Positions 60,506 to 64,000 of a stretch of 64,000 bases of DNA are shown one piece after another. The stretch lies in the NCBI GenBank assembly GCA_051313645.2, contig JBNRSN020000002.1:516832001-516896000 (forward strand). The letters run 5' to 3'. The position numbers and the translations under genes are program-made. The notes beneath the pieces were generated by a model. It saw nothing but the letters and a program-made list of their open reading frames with translations. It ran no database searches and had not been told where the DNA came from. The stretch's first letter is position 1. Each line of letters begins with the position of its first letter. This stretch comes from Centroscyllium fabricii. Its lineage: Eukaryota.

Positions 60506-62090
60506 GAGTAAAAATACTGAATTGGAGGAAGGCCAATTTCAGTGGGATGAGAACAGATCTGGTCCGGGTAAATTGAATCAAAGATTGGCAGCAAAACTGT
60601 AAACGAACAATGGGCTGCCTTTAAAGAGGAAATAGTTCGGGTACAGTGGAGGTACATTCCCACTAGAGGGGAAGGTAGGGCAACTAAAGTCCGAGCTCCC
60701 TCGATGATGGAGATAGAGAGTAAGATGAAGCAGAAAAAGAGCGCGTATGACAGACGTCGGGTCGAGAAGACATCTGAGAATCAGGCTGAATATAGAAAGT
60801 TCAGAGGAGAAATGAAAAAGAAAATAAGAGGGGCAAAGGGAGGGCATGAGAAAAGAATGGCAGCTAACATAAAAGGCACTCCAAAAGTCTTCTAGCGGCA
60901 TATAAATAGTAAATGGGTTGTAAGAGGAGGGGTGGGGCCGATTTAGGATCAACAAGGAGACCTATGCCTGGAGACAGAGGGTATGGCTGAGATGCTAAAA
61001 TAAATAGTTCTTTGCATCTGTCTTCACCAAGGATGAAGATGCTCCCATAGACATAGTGAAGGAGGAGGTAGAGGAGATACTGGATGGGATAAGAATTGAA
61101 AAAGAGGAGGTACTAGAAAGGCTGGCTGTACTTAAAGGTAGATCACTCACCAGGACCGGATGGGATGCATCCAAGGACACTGAGGGAAGTGAAGGAGGAA
61201 ATCACGGAGATACTGGCCATAATCTTCCAATCCTCCTTAGAAATGGGGGTGGTGCCAGAGGACTGGAGAATTGCAAATGTTGCATCTTTGTTCAAAAAAG
61301 GGTGTAAAGATAAACCCAGCAACCACAGACCAGTCAATTTAACCTTGGCAGTGGGGAAACTTTTGGAAACAATAATCAGGGAAAACAATTAACAGTCACT
61401 TTGACAAGTGTGGATTAATTAAGGAAAACCAGCACGGATTTGTTAAAGGCAAACCGTGTCTAACCAGTTTGATGAGGAACCAGAGAGGATTAATGAGGGC
61501 AGTGGGGTTGACGTGGTGCACATGGATTTCCAGAAGACTTTCGACAAAGTGCCACATAATAGGTTTGCCAGCAAAGATGAAACTCATGGAATAAAAGGGA
61601 CAGTGGCAGCACGGATATGAAATTGGCTAAGTGACAGGAAACAGAGAGTAGTGGTGAACGGTTGTTTTTCGAACTGGGGGAAGGTACACCGTGGTGTTCC
61701 CCAGAGGTCGGGTCTCGGACCACTGCTTTTCTTGATATATATTAATGACTTGGATATGGATGTAGAGGGCACAATTTAAAAATTTGCAGATGAGACAAAA
61801 CTTGGAAATATAGTAAACCGTGAGGAGGAAAGTGATAGACTTCAAGAGGACATAGACAGGCTGGTGGAATGGGCGGACACGTGGCAGATGAAATTTAACG
61901 CAGGAAAGAGCGAAATGATACATTTTGGTAGAAAGAATGAGGAGAGCAAATATAAACTAAAGAGGATAATCCTAAAGTGGGTGCATGAACAGAAAGATCT
62001 AGGGGTATATGTGCACAAATCGTTGAAGGTGATAGGGCAGGTTGAGAAAGCGGTTTAAAAAGTTTGTGGGATCCTGGGCTTCATGAATAG

Positions 62091-62461
62091 AAACATAGAA
62101 ACATAGAAACTAGGAGCAGGAGTAGGCCATTCGGCCCTTCGAGCCTGCTCCGCCATTCAATGAGATCATGGCTGATCATCCAAACCCAGTACCCCGCCCC
62201 TGCCCTCTCCCTGTATCCCTATCGAGCCTGCATCAACACATATCCCACCCTATCCCCGTAACCCCACATATCTGATCCCCCTAACACTAAGGGTCAATTT
62301 ATCATGGCCAATCAACCTAACCCGCACATCTTTGGACTGTGGGAGGAAACCCACGCAGACACGGGGAGAATGTGCAAACTCCACACAGATAGTACCCGAG
62401 GCTGGATTTGAACCCGGGTCTCTAGTGCTGTAAGGCAACAGTGCTAACCACTGTGCCACCT
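62091..62461 (-). mobile_element. HE1-type V-SINE
   Basis: (AACATAGA)n tail, V-domain with a short deletion, head. Confidence 0.9.
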
Positions 62462-64000
62462 CGCAGGGAGCACTGACCCCCCCCCCCCCCCCGCTGGGCG
62501 GCACAGGAAGTCCTGAAGCGTACGCACTGGGAGATATAGAGTACAAAAGTGTGGAAATTATAATGAGCCTGCATAAAACACTGGTTCGGCCTCAACTGGA
62601 GTATTGTATTCAATTTTAGGCACCGCACTTTAGGAAGGAATGTGAAGGCCTTAGAGAGGGTGCAGAAAAGATTTACGAGAATGATTCCAGGGATGAGGGA
62701 CTTCAGTTACGTGGATAGACTGGAGAAGCTGGGGTTGTTCTCTTTCGAGCAGAGAAGGTTGAGAGGAAATTTGATTGAGTTGTTCAAAATCATGAGCGGT
62801 CTGGACAGAGTAGAGAGAAACTGTTGGCGGGAGGATCGAGAACCAGAGGACACAGATTTAAGGTGATTAGCAGAAGAATCAAAGGCGACATGAGGAAAAA
62901 CTTCTTTACTCAGCGAGTGGTTAGGATCTAGAATGCACTGCCTAAAAGGGTGGTGGAGGCAGACTCGATCATTGCTTTCAAAAGGGAACTGGATAAGTAC
63001 CTGAAGGAAAAAGATTTGCAGGGCTACAGGGAAAGGGCGGGAGCGTGGGACTAGCTGGAGTGCTCTTGCAGAGAGCCGGCATGAGCATGACCGGCCGAAT
63101 GGTCTTTCTCCGTGCTGTAACCATTCTATGATTTATAGTGTCCTGCACAATGGTCCATGGCTCATCAGCTTGGTTACTAAGAAGAATATTAGAACTCATC
63201 TGTGTTTGGGTGACTTTTTCATTGTATTTTCATTTCAGAACATTTTGGCTACTGTCGTATTAATCCTTGGATTTTTGAACCTGCTGAGATAGTACTAATG
63301 AAAACTGATGGGCAGACTGCGAATCAAATTAAAGGAGTCTCTGGCGAGTAGCCCATCCAGCTGTTTCCTATTAAAATCTTCATAAACCACTGTTGATAAA
63401 GGAATGCAATACTGGAGAAAAATGTGCTATCTGCTTGCTTCTGATAGCATACTGGAAATGAAGTTACTACGCTGTCAGACCAATTCCATGGAAATGGGAC
63501 TGTGATAGATATACACGTCCTGCGGGGATCTGATTTTTGTAGTACATGACATAGAATGTCTGCTGAGTGGATAACATGCACTGGTGCTGTAATGTGACTG
63601 AGGCCAGCGAGGGAAGATTTGATACAGACCTGCACACTTGCAATAAATAGATAAAGAAAGCACTTTAGTGACTCAGCAGGCAAGCAGAACAGTGTACCCC
63701 GATATTGACACTATCCCTCAATTCAGCTGCAAGGGTCTCCTGCAAGTCAAGACATTAAGGCTCACTTCCTATTGATCTGTGTCATGTACTCTGCATTATA
63801 TAATGCTACTAACGTAATTTAAAACATCTTGTAGCATTAAAAAGCTTCATTTCCACATTTGAGTTTTATTGCCATTTCTATAACTTGCTCTGCGTTGTAG
63901 CAACCAGGGCCTGAATACTGCTCTGAAATGGACTAACACAGTAGGATTGACCAGCCATTGCATTGTGTAGTAATCAAGACATTCCATATTAAAGTGGCTT

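Larger units (their letters stand above)
59900..63132 (+). mobile_element. CR1 LINE ORF2 remnant to 3' end, with RTE and SINE insertions
   Basis: LLDLVL, LGNSDH, PGPDGMHPR, QHGFVKG, KFADETK, ALERVQKRFTRMIPG; ends CCATTCTATGATT. Confidence 0.9.

Noticed and set aside
63239-63680. Acceptor-like site followed by unique sequence; similar cases near 17402 and 54640
   Set aside because: No sustained reading frame, canonical donor or recognisable peptide.

Overview
Eukaryotic, repeat-dense genomic DNA, very probably from an elasmobranch (shark/ray): it carries many HE1-type V-SINEs sharing their 3' tail with CR1/HER1-type LINEs. No host protein-coding gene can be identified with confidence; unique spacers are T/G-skewed on the + strand, consistent with a large intron of a + strand gene, with one plausible small exon (36195-36250). 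Contents: a Ty3/Gypsy element cut by a 200-N gap (1-3214), a nearly intact CsRn1-type Gypsy provirus with both LTRs (29010-33438), three solo LTRs, many CR1, L2, RTE and Rex1/Babar LINE fragments, PIF/Harbinger and Tc1/pogo MITEs, and several Penelope-derived foldback elements carrying minimal hammerhead ribozymes. Most interesting observations: (1) the first Gypsy has no tRNA primer-binding site; the sequence at that position is a perfect 14-bp complement of its own LTR poly(A)-signal region, and its RT has YLDN; (2) short non-coding palindromic elements with hammerhead motifs on both strands and their own TSDs; (3) an ORF1-less LINE with a tRNA-like head; (4) a microhomology-joined patchwork of inverted local copies; (5) MITEs carrying NRF1/YY1 arrays or captured cargo. 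All calls were made by eye; no database searches or folding calculations were run.
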